Below, one piece after another: positions 1 through 9,819 of a stretch of 64,000 nucleotides of DNA. A program made the translations under genes and the position numbers. A model generated the notes under the pieces. That model ran no database searches, was not told where the DNA came from, and was given only the letters and a program-made list of their open reading frames with translations. The stretch spans positions 3,832 to 67,831 of the forward strand of contig JAQVMT010000002.1 in the NCBI GenBank assembly GCA_028703495.1, read 5' to 3'. Position 1 is the first letter of the stretch. Each line of letters begins with the position of its first letter. Origin of the DNA: Clostridia bacterium. Lineage in GTDB: Bacteria; Bacillota; Clostridia; Christensenellales; CAG-314.

Positions 1-3000
1 ATAATGCAATATGATGCGGAGATGCTGAAGTCAAAAGCTGTAAATGGTGTCTTCGAAGTAAGCTTTAGCACCAATTACAATACTGTTCGTATGTCCTCCT
101 TCTCCACTTGGGGACCTCTTTCGGATTTAACCTTGAAACCCGATATTACGGCACCTGGGGAATCCGTTTATTCTGCGATGCCTAACGGATACAAAAACGG
201 GTTATACGCATACCTAAATGGTACCAGTATGTCCACGCCTAACCTAACGGGCATTATTACCTGCGTCAAGCAGTATTTGGCAACAGTCTATCCTCAAGCG
301 ACCGAAGTACAGTTGAGGGATATGAGCTATCAGCTTATTCAAAGTACAGCTATCCAGGCTATAGATGCAAGCGGAAATTCCGCGAGCGTCCGCAATCAGG
401 GTGCAGGTGTTGCATGTTTAGAAAATGCATTGAATTCAAAAGCGTATTTGACAGTTACCGGCACTAACAGAGCAAAACTTGAACTAGGCGATGACAAAAA
501 CAAAGACGGTATTTATACTTTAAACTTCAAAGTGGTAAATATGAGCTCGGACGTTTTAAGCTACACAATCGATGTAGAAACGTTAACCGAAACTTTGAAT
601 CTTGACGGAGTGACACTCGCAGAACGTTCTTACTTATTGGATAAGGGTACAGTCGAAGTTGTCGCGAACGGTTATGCAAATGGAGTGTTGACTGTTGCGG
701 CAAACGCTACCGTCAAGGTCAAGATAATTATAAGACTTGCCGACGAAGAAAAGGCATATCTGGATGAAAGCTTCGTTAACGGTATGTACGTTGAGGGATT
801 TGCTAGATTGCTCAACGCCGATGAAGAAGGCGTTGACCTTTCTATACCTTTCTTAGCTTTCTACGGTGATTGGACACAAGCTCCTATCTTTGATGCGACC
901 GCATATGACAGCGAAGACGCTTTGATATACGGCAGCGGCATTATAGGTTTCGGCTATCTGAACGGATCTTCGTCCTACGTCATGATGGGAAACGAGTCTT
1001 ATTTATTCAACACGCCGGAAGGCTATGAGGCAAATGAAGCTTCATATGACAAGATAGCTTTAACAGTCGATCAGAGTGGTATTAGCAAGATATATACCGT
1101 ATATATTACACTGTTCCGTAATGTATCATATTTGGAGTATAATATTATGGATTCTGAAACCGGATACGTATATTATAGCGCATATGGTGACAATGTATCC
1201 AAAACTTATTACACGGGGTCCAATATTATAGTAGTTGGACATAGACTGTGGATCGATACTACCGATTACGATCTGCTTAATAACCAAACTTTGGTTATGA
1301 CGATTGATGCGTACTTAGATGTTAAGGGCGAATACAATCATAGTCAGTTGAGTTTTCCAATATATATTGACTATGAAAAGCCCGAGTTACTAGACGTTGA
1401 GGTTCGTGAGGAGGATGAGCATACACATGTTGATTTGACTGTATACGACAATCATTATTTCGAATCTTATCTTCTTTTGACTTCTCATAGTAGCTTAGAG
1501 GGCATTGTTTCTGCTCTTGACAGCAACCAGTACCCCGTAAAGAATTGGACAAAGGCACAAAACGGCGTTTTGACGTTAGATATTTCTAACTACATTCCTT
1601 TGATGAATAACGGTGAGTTCTATATTGCGCTTCAAGACTGCGCTCACAACCAATCCATCTATTACATCGGAAACTTCAGTAAAAAAGATGAAGAGAATGG
1701 TACGGATGCTTTGGCAATTAATCCTGATGACATTGATGCAGAATACATGGAGAGCATTGGTGTGAAACTAATTCACGATGAAGGCTATGATGCATTGATG
1801 AGTGAAATTATTGCAGGATACAAAGAATCTTTGACGCAAAACGAGGAGTTTTCGACTGAAGGTGCCGTTGTCAATACTGCTGATGAGCATAAGTTTACGG
1901 TAAATGGTGGCGGACAGTTGATTAAGTACGAAGGTCCCGGCGGTGACGTTGTTATACCCGATGACATTGGAGTTGTTGCGATTATGGGTATAAATGATGT
2001 ATTTAGAAATAGAAAGGATATTACGTCTGTTACTTTGCCTTCTACCTGTATTGCATTAGCAGATAATGCTTTTCAAGGTTGCTCAATAGAATACTGCTAT
2101 ATGCCCGAAACAATGAGGTCTATCGGAGCGTATTCATTTTATCAAAGCGGACTGAGAAAATTCGATATGCCCGAATCGGTTATAAGCACAACGGGAAAAT
2201 GGTGTTTTGCGCTTAATTCTCAACTTGAGGAATTCACATTCTCTGATGGCTTTACCGGTACCGTACCGGATTACTTCCTTTATGGAACCGCTGTTAAGGA
2301 GTTATATATCCCTGACGGAGTAACCATAGTAAGATACGGAGCATTTCTTTCGAGCCTTTATATGACGAAAATGAGAATGTCTCCTAACGTTACCTTGATT
2401 TACAATAATGCTATCGGACAGTGCATTTCCTTGGAGGAGTTCAACTTTGCCGATCTGACAAAGAACACATGGTGGGGAACATCGGCATTTGACTATGCAG
2501 ATTCATATGCGGGCGACATAATTATACCAGATCCCGGAACAACGGTTTCTTTGTCGATTAGGGCTTTCGGTATCCTTGAAAAAGCTAAGTCATTCAAGTG
2601 CTATGCGTCTCTCGGAAATATTTTGGGTATGGGTTTGCATGCGCCCGAAATGGAATCTATAATATTCTATAAAAATGTGGGAAACATTCAACAATGCTTC
2701 CTTGACTACACTAAAATGACGAACTTGGAATTCCATGGTGATGTTGGAATAATCGGAGGAGGAGATTTGGGTGACAGATCTTTCTCAAAGCTTCAAATTT
2801 CATCCGTGGATTTTTACGGAAATGTTAATGCGATTACAGGCGTAAACTTCTCCAATTGTCCTAATTTGGAGAAGGTAGTATTTCACAAAAACGTTGGAAC
2901 AATAAGCGGTTATTCTTTTGGTAATTGCACAAAACTAAAATACTTCTCGATTTCAGAAGACAATACATATATGTATTTCGACGAAGAAACTAAAATTATG

Positions 3001-4386
3001 TATAATAGCGGAAGGACAAAGATGTACGCTCCTTCCTCATGGGATTACGACGGAGTCTTGGTTATACCCGAAACAGTTAAAACGTTGGAGATCGGACAAT
3101 TTGGAACTGCACAAGTTTACATGGATTATTCCAAAGTATCCGATAAATTGGTAACTGTTTCGTATGCTCAGATTTATAAAACTTTTTATGATGCAGATAT
3201 TGTTGAAACAAAGCCTTTACTTAAAGGAGTTGTTCTTCCTTCTGGCTTGACTAGCATACCTGCATTCTGTTTTGCGGGCTTCAGCGGAATGGAGTACGTT
3301 GACTTTAACGGCGCGAATTTATCAAGCATAGGCCAATATGCGTTTACCAGATGTGGACTGAAAGAGGTCTTACTACCGACTAACCTTGTATCGATAGCCG
3401 ATCATGCATTCTACGATGCCACTCGTCTTGAAAGTATAACATTACCGGAAAGATTGACTACCATAAAAGATTATGCTTTCCAAAACACAGCACTTAAATC
3501 ACTATATATTCCTTCATCGGTGGTTACACTCGATCCGATAACAGTATTAAGTGGAGTGAATACGCTAGAGCAAATAACAGTCGGTGCAAACAGCTTGAAG
3601 TTCAAAGCAGTTGACAATGCATTGCTAAGTAAAGATGAATCGATTCTTTATAAATACTCGACAAATAACATATCACAAAGCTTCGTTGTACCCGAAGCAG
3701 TAAAGGATATCAGCGAGTACGCATTTTATAGCTCTTCTTACCTAAAAAATATCGATTTCAAAAACGTGGAATACATCGGCAAATATGCTTTCTGCGGATC
3801 TGCGTTGGAAAGTGTAAACATTGCGGATTGCATGCTTTACATAGACACAAGAGCCTTTGCGGAAATGGATATCGAAACGCTTACCATTTGCGGAGGAGCA
3901 GAAGTATTTGATTATTCGTATGTATTCTACAACACTGACATTGCAAACGTAGTGCTTGAAGGTGAACAACAATTCTTTGCTATTAACAACGGATTGTTGA
4001 TGAACAAAGCAGGCAATATAATCTATGACTGCTTAACGAGCATTGAAGGCGTATTGGCAATTCCCGAGGGAGTAACGAGAATAATGCCATTTGCGTTCCA
4101 AAATGAGACGGGAATTACCGAGCTTGTACTGCCTTCTACGCTCAAATCGATCGGAGCCGCCACATTCTACGGCTGCACGGGATTAACCAAAATCACGTTC
4201 AATTCCGAGAAAGCACCTCGTTTCGAATCAGAATACGACTACGAAGCAGGCGCGGTTAACTACTGTAACTTTGTAACCGACTTGGCAAACGTACCCGAGG
4301 AAGGACTGGCAATCGAAATAGTATGTGGCAACGATGCAACGTACTATAGCTACTTGTGGAAGCTTTACTTTGGTATAGCAGACTGA
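1..4386 (+). CDS. Cell-surface subtilisin-like (S8) serine peptidase, C-terminal part, fused to a long BspA-type leucine-rich-repeat region; 5' end lies outside the window
   Basis: The ORF is open to the window edge. The catalytic-Ser motif LNGTSMSTPNLTG sits near the start of the visible part. About 800 aa of degenerate ~23-aa repeats follow, of the form P.SV..I...AF..C..L, typical of PF13306-like LRRs. Confidence 0.8.
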   Translation: MMQYDAEMLKSKAVNGVFEVSFSTNYNTVRMSSFSTWGPLSDLTLKPDITAPGESVYSAMPNGYKNGLYAYLNGTSMSTPNLTGIITCVKQYLATVYPQATEVQLRDMSYQLIQSTAIQAIDASGNSASVRNQGAGVACLENALNSKAYLTVTGTNRAKLELGDDKNKDGIYTLNFKVVNMSSDVLSYTIDVETLTETLNLDGVTLAERSYLLDKGTVEVVANGYANGVLTVAANATVKVKIIIRLADEEKAYLDESFVNGMYVEGFARLLNADEEGVDLSIPFLAFYGDWTQAPIFDATAYDSEDALIYGSGIIGFGYLNGSSSYVMMGNESYLFNTPEGYEANEASYDKIALTVDQSGISKIYTVYITLFRNVSYLEYNIMDSETGYVYYSAYGDNVSKTYYTGSNIIVVGHRLWIDTTDYDLLNNQTLVMTIDAYLDVKGEYNHSQLSFPIYIDYEKPELLDVEVREEDEHTHVDLTVYDNHYFESYLLLTSHSSLEGIVSALDSNQYPVKNWTKAQNGVLTLDISNYIPLMNNGEFYIALQDCAHNQSIYYIGNFSKKDEENGTDALAINPDDIDAEYMESIGVKLIHDEGYDALMSEIIAGYKESLTQNEEFSTEGAVVNTADEHKFTVNGGGQLIKYEGPGGDVVIPDDIGVVAIMGINDVFRNRKDITSVTLPSTCIALADNAFQGCSIEYCYMPETMRSIGAYSFYQSGLRKFDMPESVISTTGKWCFALNSQLEEFTFSDGFTGTVPDYFLYGTAVKELYIPDGVTIVRYGAFLSSLYMTKMRMSPNVTLIYNNAIGQCISLEEFNFADLTKNTWWGTSAFDYADSYAGDIIIPDPGTTVSLSIRAFGILEKAKSFKCYASLGNILGMGLHAPEMESIIFYKNVGNIQQCFLDYTKMTNLEFHGDVGIIGGGDLGDRSFSKLQISSVDFYGNVNAITGVNFSNCPNLEKVVFHKNVGTISGYSFGNCTKLKYFSISEDNTYMYFDEETKIMYNSGRTKMYAPSSWDYDGVLVIPETVKTLEIGQFGTAQVYMDYSKVSDKLVTVSYAQIYKTFYDADIVETKPLLKGVVLPSGLTSIPAFCFAGFSGMEYVDFNGANLSSIGQYAFTRCGLKEVLLPTNLVSIADHAFYDATRLESITLPERLTTIKDYAFQNTALKSLYIPSSVVTLDPITVLSGVNTLEQITVGANSLKFKAVDNALLSKDESILYKYSTNNISQSFVVPEAVKDISEYAFYSSSYLKNIDFKNVEYIGKYAFCGSALESVNIADCMLYIDTRAFAEMDIETLTICGGAEVFDYSYVFYNTDIANVVLEGEQQFFAINNGLLMNKAGNIIYDCLTSIEGVLAIPEGVTRIMPFAFQNETGITELVLPSTLKSIGAATFYGCTGLTKITFNSEKAPRFESEYDYEAGAVNYCNFVTDLANVPEEGLAIEIVCGNDATYYSYLWKLYFGIAD

Positions 4387-4498
4387 TTGTGACGATTTGA
4401 CTCGGTTCGAAAATTCCGAAATGGCAATTGCATAAGTAGCTGTTTCGGAGAAAATAACAACTTAACAGTTGATGCTTCTATATGAAGCGTTACCTTAA

Positions 4499-4533
4499 GG
4501 GGCTGCCTTGAAATCGAGGCAGCCTCATTTTTG
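4499..4533 (+). terminator. Rho-independent terminator of the peptidase gene
   Basis: Stem GGGGCTGCCT (4499-4508) pairs with AGGCAGCCTC (4517-4526). The loop is 8 nt and the run ATTTTT follows. Confidence 0.75.
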
Positions 4534-4990
4534 TATAACAGGCATATCAAAGCTGGGCGGTGAAAGTCCGCAGGGAGTTAGTTCCGACCAACTCAAAAGT
4601 GATTCCCAAGTTTAACATCTGAGCTAAGGGAGATAAGAAGGGATAGCAAAATTGTAGTCTGACGAACAGAAATCCGATATCCAGGCATAGTATGCGGACA
4701 AGTAGACATAAGGCAACGAAGCCCAAAAGGTAATCGTATCCCTATTGTGAAAACCAAGCACTTAGACGAGTAAAGAACATGGATTGATTCCGTGATGACT
4801 TGCATACGGAGAAAACCGCAGTAACAACGAGACGAGAAATGAGGATAACAATGTGGAAGCAATGACATGCGGGAGCTGTAGAGCAACCCATGTCTGCACT
4901 CTTGAAACAGACAGTAATGGAAACAATACTGCCGTAGGAATAAGAGATATCATTTTACGCAATAACAATCCATTTCGTCGAAAAGGACAC
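4533..4990 (+). mobile_element. Group II intron-like RNA remnant (5' domains only, no maturase ORF)
   Basis: Starts GTATAACAGG (a degraded GUGYG-like 5' end). Contains GGCGGTGAAAGTCCGCAGGG, GTAGTCTGACGAACAGAAATCC and AACGAAGCCCAAAAGG, which I recall as conserved domain-I strings of bacterial group II introns. No RT ORF follows. The 3' boundary is uncertain. Confidence 0.5.
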
Positions 4991-5460
4991 TTTTTTGATA
5001 TGGAATTGGACTCTATGACATTAACTACAGATGCTATTCACCTGAATCAATGCAATATTTGTATGCAACTGATCCATTACACCATCTTACCCACGGTTGA
5101 ACTATTTAAAGATGACATATACGAACGAGTGGAAAACGAGCATAAATCGCGGAGAGAATTAAACGGACAATAATATCACGGATTGCGTTTGTTGTTGAAG
5201 CCATTATCATTACCATATATACGCGATATATGCCACGCCGATAGGCGCAGCTGCTTTTGTTATGTGGCGAACGATAGTTCTTTGGCTACTTCGGGACAAA
5301 TTGACGGCGGAGTCATCGGTGGAGCAAAGTGTTGAGCAAACAGCTAGTGTGCTGCTTGTGGTCAAAGCTCCGTGTCTGCACATTCTGCAAGGTTGTTTGT
5401 AGGCTCGAAATAAAGGGATATCCATAAAGGCTAATAACTCAATTTGGCAATATAATCGTT

Positions 5461-6741
5461 TTAGGTCGATGAATCAGATTTGTCTTTGTTGGAAACTCTT
5501 GCGTTTGTTGCGCCCTCGGTAATGTCGCCCGAGCGTATCAGCGCGCGTTTTGTCAATAGCGGTCCAATGAGTTCTAAAATCAAAACCGAAAACAAAACAA
5601 TATTTCTTATAAGCTCTCCGTGTCCTTCAAGTTGCATTGCTGTAATCGACATACCCAACGCAACGCCTGCTTGCGGCAATAGTGTTATTCCCAAGTTGTT
5701 TGTGACCTTTTTATCGTATTTTACCCACTTGGAGCTAATATACGCTCCGCCGATCTTGCCGATTGCACGCGATAAAATATAAACAACGCCGATAAGCACG
5801 ATAATCCAGCTTGAGAATACGTTCAAATTTAACTCTGCGCCGCTCACGACAAAGAACAGAATAAATAAAGGGGTTGTCCAACCGTCGGTTCTTTCCATTA
5901 GTTCGTCAGAGAAGGCACAGGTATTGCAGAACACCGTTCCCAACATCATACAGACCAACAGCGATGAAAAACCGAACGTAGCTCCGCCGATTACAAATGT
6001 TACCATGGATATAGCTACTGTTAACAATACAAACGCAATTGAAATTGAAAGACGCTTGCTCCTCGAATGGAAAAACCGCTCTAGAAACGTCAATAAAAGT
6101 CCCATCGCCGCACCAAGAATCAACGAAATGATTATCTCTACAAGTGGGACAACAATGATTGAAACCATATCGACTGCCCCGACGGCGAGAGCTTTTGCGA
6201 TACCGAATGAAACTGCAAATATAACCAAACCTACTGCATCGTCCAATGCCACAATAGGCAAAAGCAAATCGGTAAGTTTACCTTTTGCTTTGTACTGTCT
6301 GACAACCATAAGCGTGGCTGCCGGTGCAGTTGCGGCTGCTATTGCTCCCAAAGTAATAGCTACGGGAAGCGAAAGCTCGTCTACAAATACAAACGACAAC
6401 GCAATCAAAACAACGTCAACGACCAAAGTTGCGGTAACTGCTTGAAAAACACCGATAACGAAAGCTTGCTTGCCTGTATTTTTCAAGCTAGACAGCCTAA
6501 ACTCGTTGCCTATTGCAAAGGCGATAAAACCTAGAGCAATTTTAGAAATAATTTCGAATGCGGAAGTCGAGGTTACACTTTCGAAATCAATGAACGGAAT
6601 GAAACGACCTAATAAATAAGGTCCTATCAATACGCCTGCCACAAGATATGCGGTCACGGCGGGTAACTTAATCAATCTAGCAAGTCTTGACAATAACAGA
6701 CCGGATACCATCGATACGCCAATTGTCAGTAGTACAGTCAC
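5461..6741 (-). CDS. Cation:proton antiporter (CPA2 / Na+/H+ exchanger family membrane protein)
   Basis: N-terminus ...LARLIKLPAVTAYLVAGVLIGPYLLG and about 12 hydrophobic segments. I place the start at GTG 6741, which has GGAGG 7 nt upstream. The track start (TTG 6834) abuts the tRNA terminator, so I do not use it. Confidence 0.8.
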   Translation of the reverse strand: MTVLLTIGVSMVSGLLLSRLARLIKLPAVTAYLVAGVLIGPYLLGRFIPFIDFESVTSTSAFEIISKIALGFIAFAIGNEFRLSSLKNTGKQAFVIGVFQAVTATLVVDVVLIALSFVFVDELSLPVAITLGAIAAATAPAATLMVVRQYKAKGKLTDLLLPIVALDDAVGLVIFAVSFGIAKALAVGAVDMVSIIVVPLVEIIISLILGAAMGLLLTFLERFFHSRSKRLSISIAFVLLTVAISMVTFVIGGATFGFSSLLVCMMLGTVFCNTCAFSDELMERTDGWTTPLFILFFVVSGAELNLNVFSSWIIVLIGVVYILSRAIGKIGGAYISSKWVKYDKKVTNNLGITLLPQAGVALGMSITAMQLEGHGELIRNIVLFSVLILELIGPLLTKRALIRSGDITEGATNARVSNKDKSDSST

Positions 6742-6830
6742 AATAAACCTCCGAAATAAAGATGATCCCTCTTTATGTATGTTTTTTTGTTCGAATTGCG
6801 TTACAAACCGAGCAAAATGTTTGCGATGAC

Positions 6831-6865
6831 GCAAAAATAAAATCCAAAAACAAAGTTTTTGGATT
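6831..6865 (-). terminator. Terminator of the tRNA operon
   Basis: Perfect 10-bp hairpin AATCCAAAAA / TTTTTGGATT (6841-6865), followed on the minus strand by TTATTTTTG. Confidence 0.75.
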
Positions 6866-6866
6866 T

Positions 6867-6950
6867 TGGTGCGGCTAAAGAGACTTGAACTCCCACGTCG
6901 TTGACACTAGATCCTAAGTCTAGCGCGTCTGCCAATTCCGCCATAGCCGC
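6867..6950 (-). tRNA. tRNA-Leu (anticodon TAG), CCA encoded
   Basis: Cloverleaf folded by hand. Anticodon arm is CTAGA-CTTAGGA-TCTAG, with a long variable arm and T-loop TTCAAGT. Confidence 0.9.
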
Positions 6951-7045
6951 ATATAATAAATAAATCGGAAGCTTTATCTACCGATACTCGGTCGAGCGCA
7001 GGATCTGCGCCCGTCCAAACTATCGCGACTTCCGATATTATTCTC

Positions 7046-7121
7046 TGGTACACCATTAGGGACTCGAACCCTAGACCTATTGATTAAGAGTCAACCGCTC
7101 TACCAACTGAGCTAATGGTGC
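7046..7121 (-). tRNA. tRNA-Lys (anticodon CTT), CCA encoded
   Basis: Anticodon arm GTTGA-CTCTTAA-TCAAT; T arm TAGGG-TTCGAGT-CCCTA. Confidence 0.9.
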
Positions 7122-7126
7122 ATTTA

Positions 7127-7202
7127 TGGTGACCCATCCGCGATTCGAACGCGGGACACCGTGATTAAAAGTCACGTGCTCTACCGACTGAGCTAATGGG
7201 TC
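7127..7202 (-). tRNA. tRNA-Lys (anticodon TTT), CCA encoded
   Basis: Anticodon arm CGTGA-CTTTTAA-TCACG; T-loop TTCGAAT. Confidence 0.9.
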
Positions 7203-7220
7203 GGAGTTATTTAGGAGCCG

Positions 7221-7295
7221 TGGCAGGGGTGGCAGGATTTGGACCTACGAGTGTCAGAGTCAAAGTCTGATGCCTTACCGCTTGGCTACACCCCT
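7221..7295 (-). tRNA. tRNA-Gln (anticodon TTG), CCA encoded, atypical T-loop
   Basis: Anticodon arm TCAGA-CTTTGAC-TCTGA. The T-loop reads TCCAAAT, i.e. C at position 55. Confidence 0.8.
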
Positions 7296-7324
7296 ATGTT
7301 GACGCCAAAAAAAGGAGTACTTAA

Positions 7325-7401
7325 TGGGGTGGATGATGGGACTTGAACCCACGGCACTCGGAACCACAATCCGATGCTCTGCCAACTGAGCTACATCCAC
7401 C
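7325..7401 (-). tRNA. tRNA-His (anticodon GTG) with encoded G-1, CCA encoded
   Basis: Anticodon arm TCGGA-TTGTGGT-TCCGA. An extra 5' G lies opposite discriminator C. Confidence 0.9.
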
Positions 7402-7405
7402 ACAT

Positions 7406-7482
<77 letters not shown>

Positions 7483-7570
7483 AAGACTTACAGCTCAATA
7501 AATTTAACCAAGCCTCCAAGTACCACTGCAAAAAATAAAAGTCGATTAACGCACGTTAATAAACTTTTAA

Positions 7571-7644
<74 letters not shown>

Positions 7645-7661
7645 ATCAATCAAGCCTAGAA

Positions 7662-7690
7662 ATGATATCATATATTAAAATGCTTGTCAA
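7662..7690 (-). promoter_or_regulatory. Sigma-A type promoter of the tRNA operon
   Basis: On the minus strand: TTGACA, 17 nt, TATCAT. It ends 17 nt upstream of tRNA-Gly. Confidence 0.7.
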
Positions 7691-7902
7691 GAAAAAATCC
7701 AATAATTCGTATTATTTTTTTCAACATTTTTCAGAATTCTATTCGTTTGCATATTCCGATAAGAAAATCTACCGCAACAAATACACATGATATAATGAGA
7801 CTCCATTTCTGCGTTTCTAAAACACAAACAGACATCAAAGTCAAATAAGGCAAACTTTTATTCAAACCAAACATCAAACAACGAAGGCAACCCATCGATA
7901 AA

Positions 7903-8871
7903 TTAGATATTAACCAATTCAAGTACCAAAGTCCGCATTCTTTCGGGAACGCTGACTGTATTTGTCTTGTATTCCACTTCGGCTTCCGCACATAATTTAA
8001 GTGCACGTCTCAACTTAATCGGAGTAAACAGTGCAGCATTTGTCGCAGCGATGCGAACAGCCTGTTTTTTAACTCCTAAGTTTGCCGCAATTTCGTCCTC
8101 GGAAGCTTTGGCAGTAGAAACAAAAAACATTCTTCGCAGAGTATTATATAATAGAAGCAGCAAGGACGCAGGATCTTCGCCTCGGCTCAAAAGCAGATCC
8201 AATGCCTTCATTGCGCCACTCGCGTCACGTTTTGAAATGCAATTGGATAAGCCGAAAACCTCGACTTCCACGTCCTTTATTACCAATAAATCTACGTCTT
8301 CTGCAGTAATCGCTCCGCTGTCTGCGTAATTTACCAACTTAGAACACTCCATACTGACCGCCGTCATATCGTTAGAACAATAGGTGCAAATCATTGCGGC
8401 TGCATCTTTGGATATAGCCTTTTTTTCGTGTTTGCAATAGGCGTTAATCCATCTGATAATCTCGCTTTCGGATAGTTTATTGCAGTCTATAATTTCTGAT
8501 TCTTTAAAAAGCGCGGGAATAGTATTGTCTTCTGATATTATCACCAAACAACACTGCATCATCGGTGCAGTAACGTACGACTTAAGTTGGTCAAACATGC
8601 CGAAAGACTCCAATCTGCTCAACTGAAAGTTCTTTACCACAACCAACCTTTTTTCATCTACTATCGAAGACAATCGGCAAGAGCCGATAACGTCCCTGAA
8701 AACATCGTTCTCCCCATTATAGTAGTTGCTGTTAAGCTCGGGAATTTGTAGACTTAGAGCAGATTTAATCTTGTCTAAAGCAGAGTTCTTCAAATAAAAA
8801 TCCTCGCCATAAACATAATAAACAATGCCGACGCCTTGTCTAAGCCTTTCATTCAACTCTATAAATCGCAT
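7903..8871 (-). CDS. holA: DNA polymerase III subunit delta
   Basis: 322 aa. The N-terminus IVYYVYGEDFYLKNSALDKIKSAL and the overall layout are typical of HolA. GGTGG RBS. Confidence 0.7.
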   Translation of the reverse strand: MRFIELNERLRQGVGIVYYVYGEDFYLKNSALDKIKSALSLQIPELNSNYYNGENDVFRDVIGSCRLSSIVDEKRLVVVKNFQLSRLESFGMFDQLKSYVTAPMMQCCLVIISEDNTIPALFKESEIIDCNKLSESEIIRWINAYCKHEKKAISKDAAAMICTYCSNDMTAVSMECSKLVNYADSGAITAEDVDLLVIKDVEVEVFGLSNCISKRDASGAMKALDLLLSRGEDPASLLLLLYNTLRRMFFVSTAKASEDEIAANLGVKKQAVRIAATNAALFTPIKLRRALKLCAEAEVEYKTNTVSVPERMRTLVLELVNI

Positions 8872-9265
8872 AATCCACCACCAACGCCATTATTATAACA
8901 TAAGCGTTCAATTAATGCAAATCTTTTTTCTACACGTCGAACTCCATCAGCTAGGCTGTTTGCCAAAGAGTTAATTAAAAAGTAATTACCATGCGGAACA
9001 AAATTTGCATTTAGTTCTAAACTACTTTGATAATGAATATAGAATTAAGTCTATCATAGACCTTCCGTTTGTTTGTGCTTTGTTTATGTAAAGAACGACT
9101 AAAAAAGCACACCGGCATGTTAAATATTTGAAGCATAATAAAAGAAGCCAGAAGCGGTTTTTGACTCCGTTTCGGGCTTCGATTAGCTGCTTAGGGCTTG
9201 TTTGTTCATATTTTGAGAGCTAAAAAGACGGCTTTTCTTGATTATTGCGTATTTTCTGCTCAATA

Positions 9266-9309
9266 TAACAAAAGAACGAGCCTTTGTGTTGGTAGACAAA
9301 AGTTCGTTC
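9266..9309 (-). terminator. Terminator of the monocistronic tRNA-Gln
   Basis: Hairpin GAACGAGCCTTTGT / ACAAAAGTTCGTTC (9274-9309), followed on the minus strand by TTTTGTT. Confidence 0.6.
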
Positions 9310-9314
9310 TTTAG

Positions 9315-9389
9315 TGGCTAGGGTAGTAGGATTCGAACCTACGAATAACGGAGTCAGAGTCCGTTGCCTTACCGCTTGGCGATACCCCA
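9315..9389 (-). tRNA. tRNA-Gln (anticodon CTG), CCA encoded
   Basis: Anticodon arm ACGGA-CTCTGAC-TCCGT; canonical T-loop TTCGAAT. Confidence 0.9.
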
Positions 9390-9406
9390 ATGTTCATGCA
9401 AGAGGT

Positions 9407-9435
9407 ATTATATACATTTTGCACATCGATGTCAA
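9407..9435 (-). promoter_or_regulatory. Consensus sigma-A promoter of tRNA-Gln(CTG)
   Basis: On the minus strand: TTGACA, exactly 17 nt, TATAAT. It ends 17 nt upstream of the tRNA 5' end. Confidence 0.8.
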
Positions 9436-9466
9436 GAAAAAAATTATGTTTAAAAGAACAAAACCA

Positions 9467-9670
9467 CAAAAAAGTTTGCCGAAGTTTATTATTAAGCAAG
9501 TATCACAGTAGAATTGAGTTGTAGAAGCTACCTTGGCAATTAACAAAAAAGTTTGCCGATGTTAATTACTAAGCAAGTATCACAGTGGAATTGAGTTGTA
9601 GAAGCTACCTTGGCTATTAACAGAAATGTTTGCCGAAGTTAATAGACCATGTAAGTTCTACAGTGGAAAG
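9467..9670. repeat. 77-bp tandem repeat, 2.6 copies
   Basis: Units start at 9467, 9544 and 9621 (CAAAAAAGTTTGCCGAAGTT...CTACCTTGGCAATTAA). Copies 1 and 2 are about 90% identical. Copy 3 is diverged. Confidence 0.9.
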
Positions 9671-9726
9671 GAAATGCACCTCCAAAATGTTTTTCACTCT
9701 AATGTCCGACTTTTGGGGTGCATAGC
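9671..9726 (-). repeat. 56-nt palindromic dispersed repeat, copy A
   Basis: Its reverse complement is about 80% identical to 33756-33811. Internal hairpin GCACCTCCAAAATG ... CTTTTGGGGTGC. Confidence 0.8.
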
Positions 9727-9819
9727 AAAATGTGTTGTGGAAAACACCTCGACAGTTAACGAATGGTATGCATAAAGTCGTATATGCGAGCGATGATATA
9801 AGAGTAAAGGGGTGGCTGC

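Noticed and set aside
4853-5173. ORF as a group II intron maturase/RT.
   Set aside because: It is only 106 aa with no RT domain motifs (no YADD-like block). At best its first residues are a relic of an IEP start. I treat it as non-coding.
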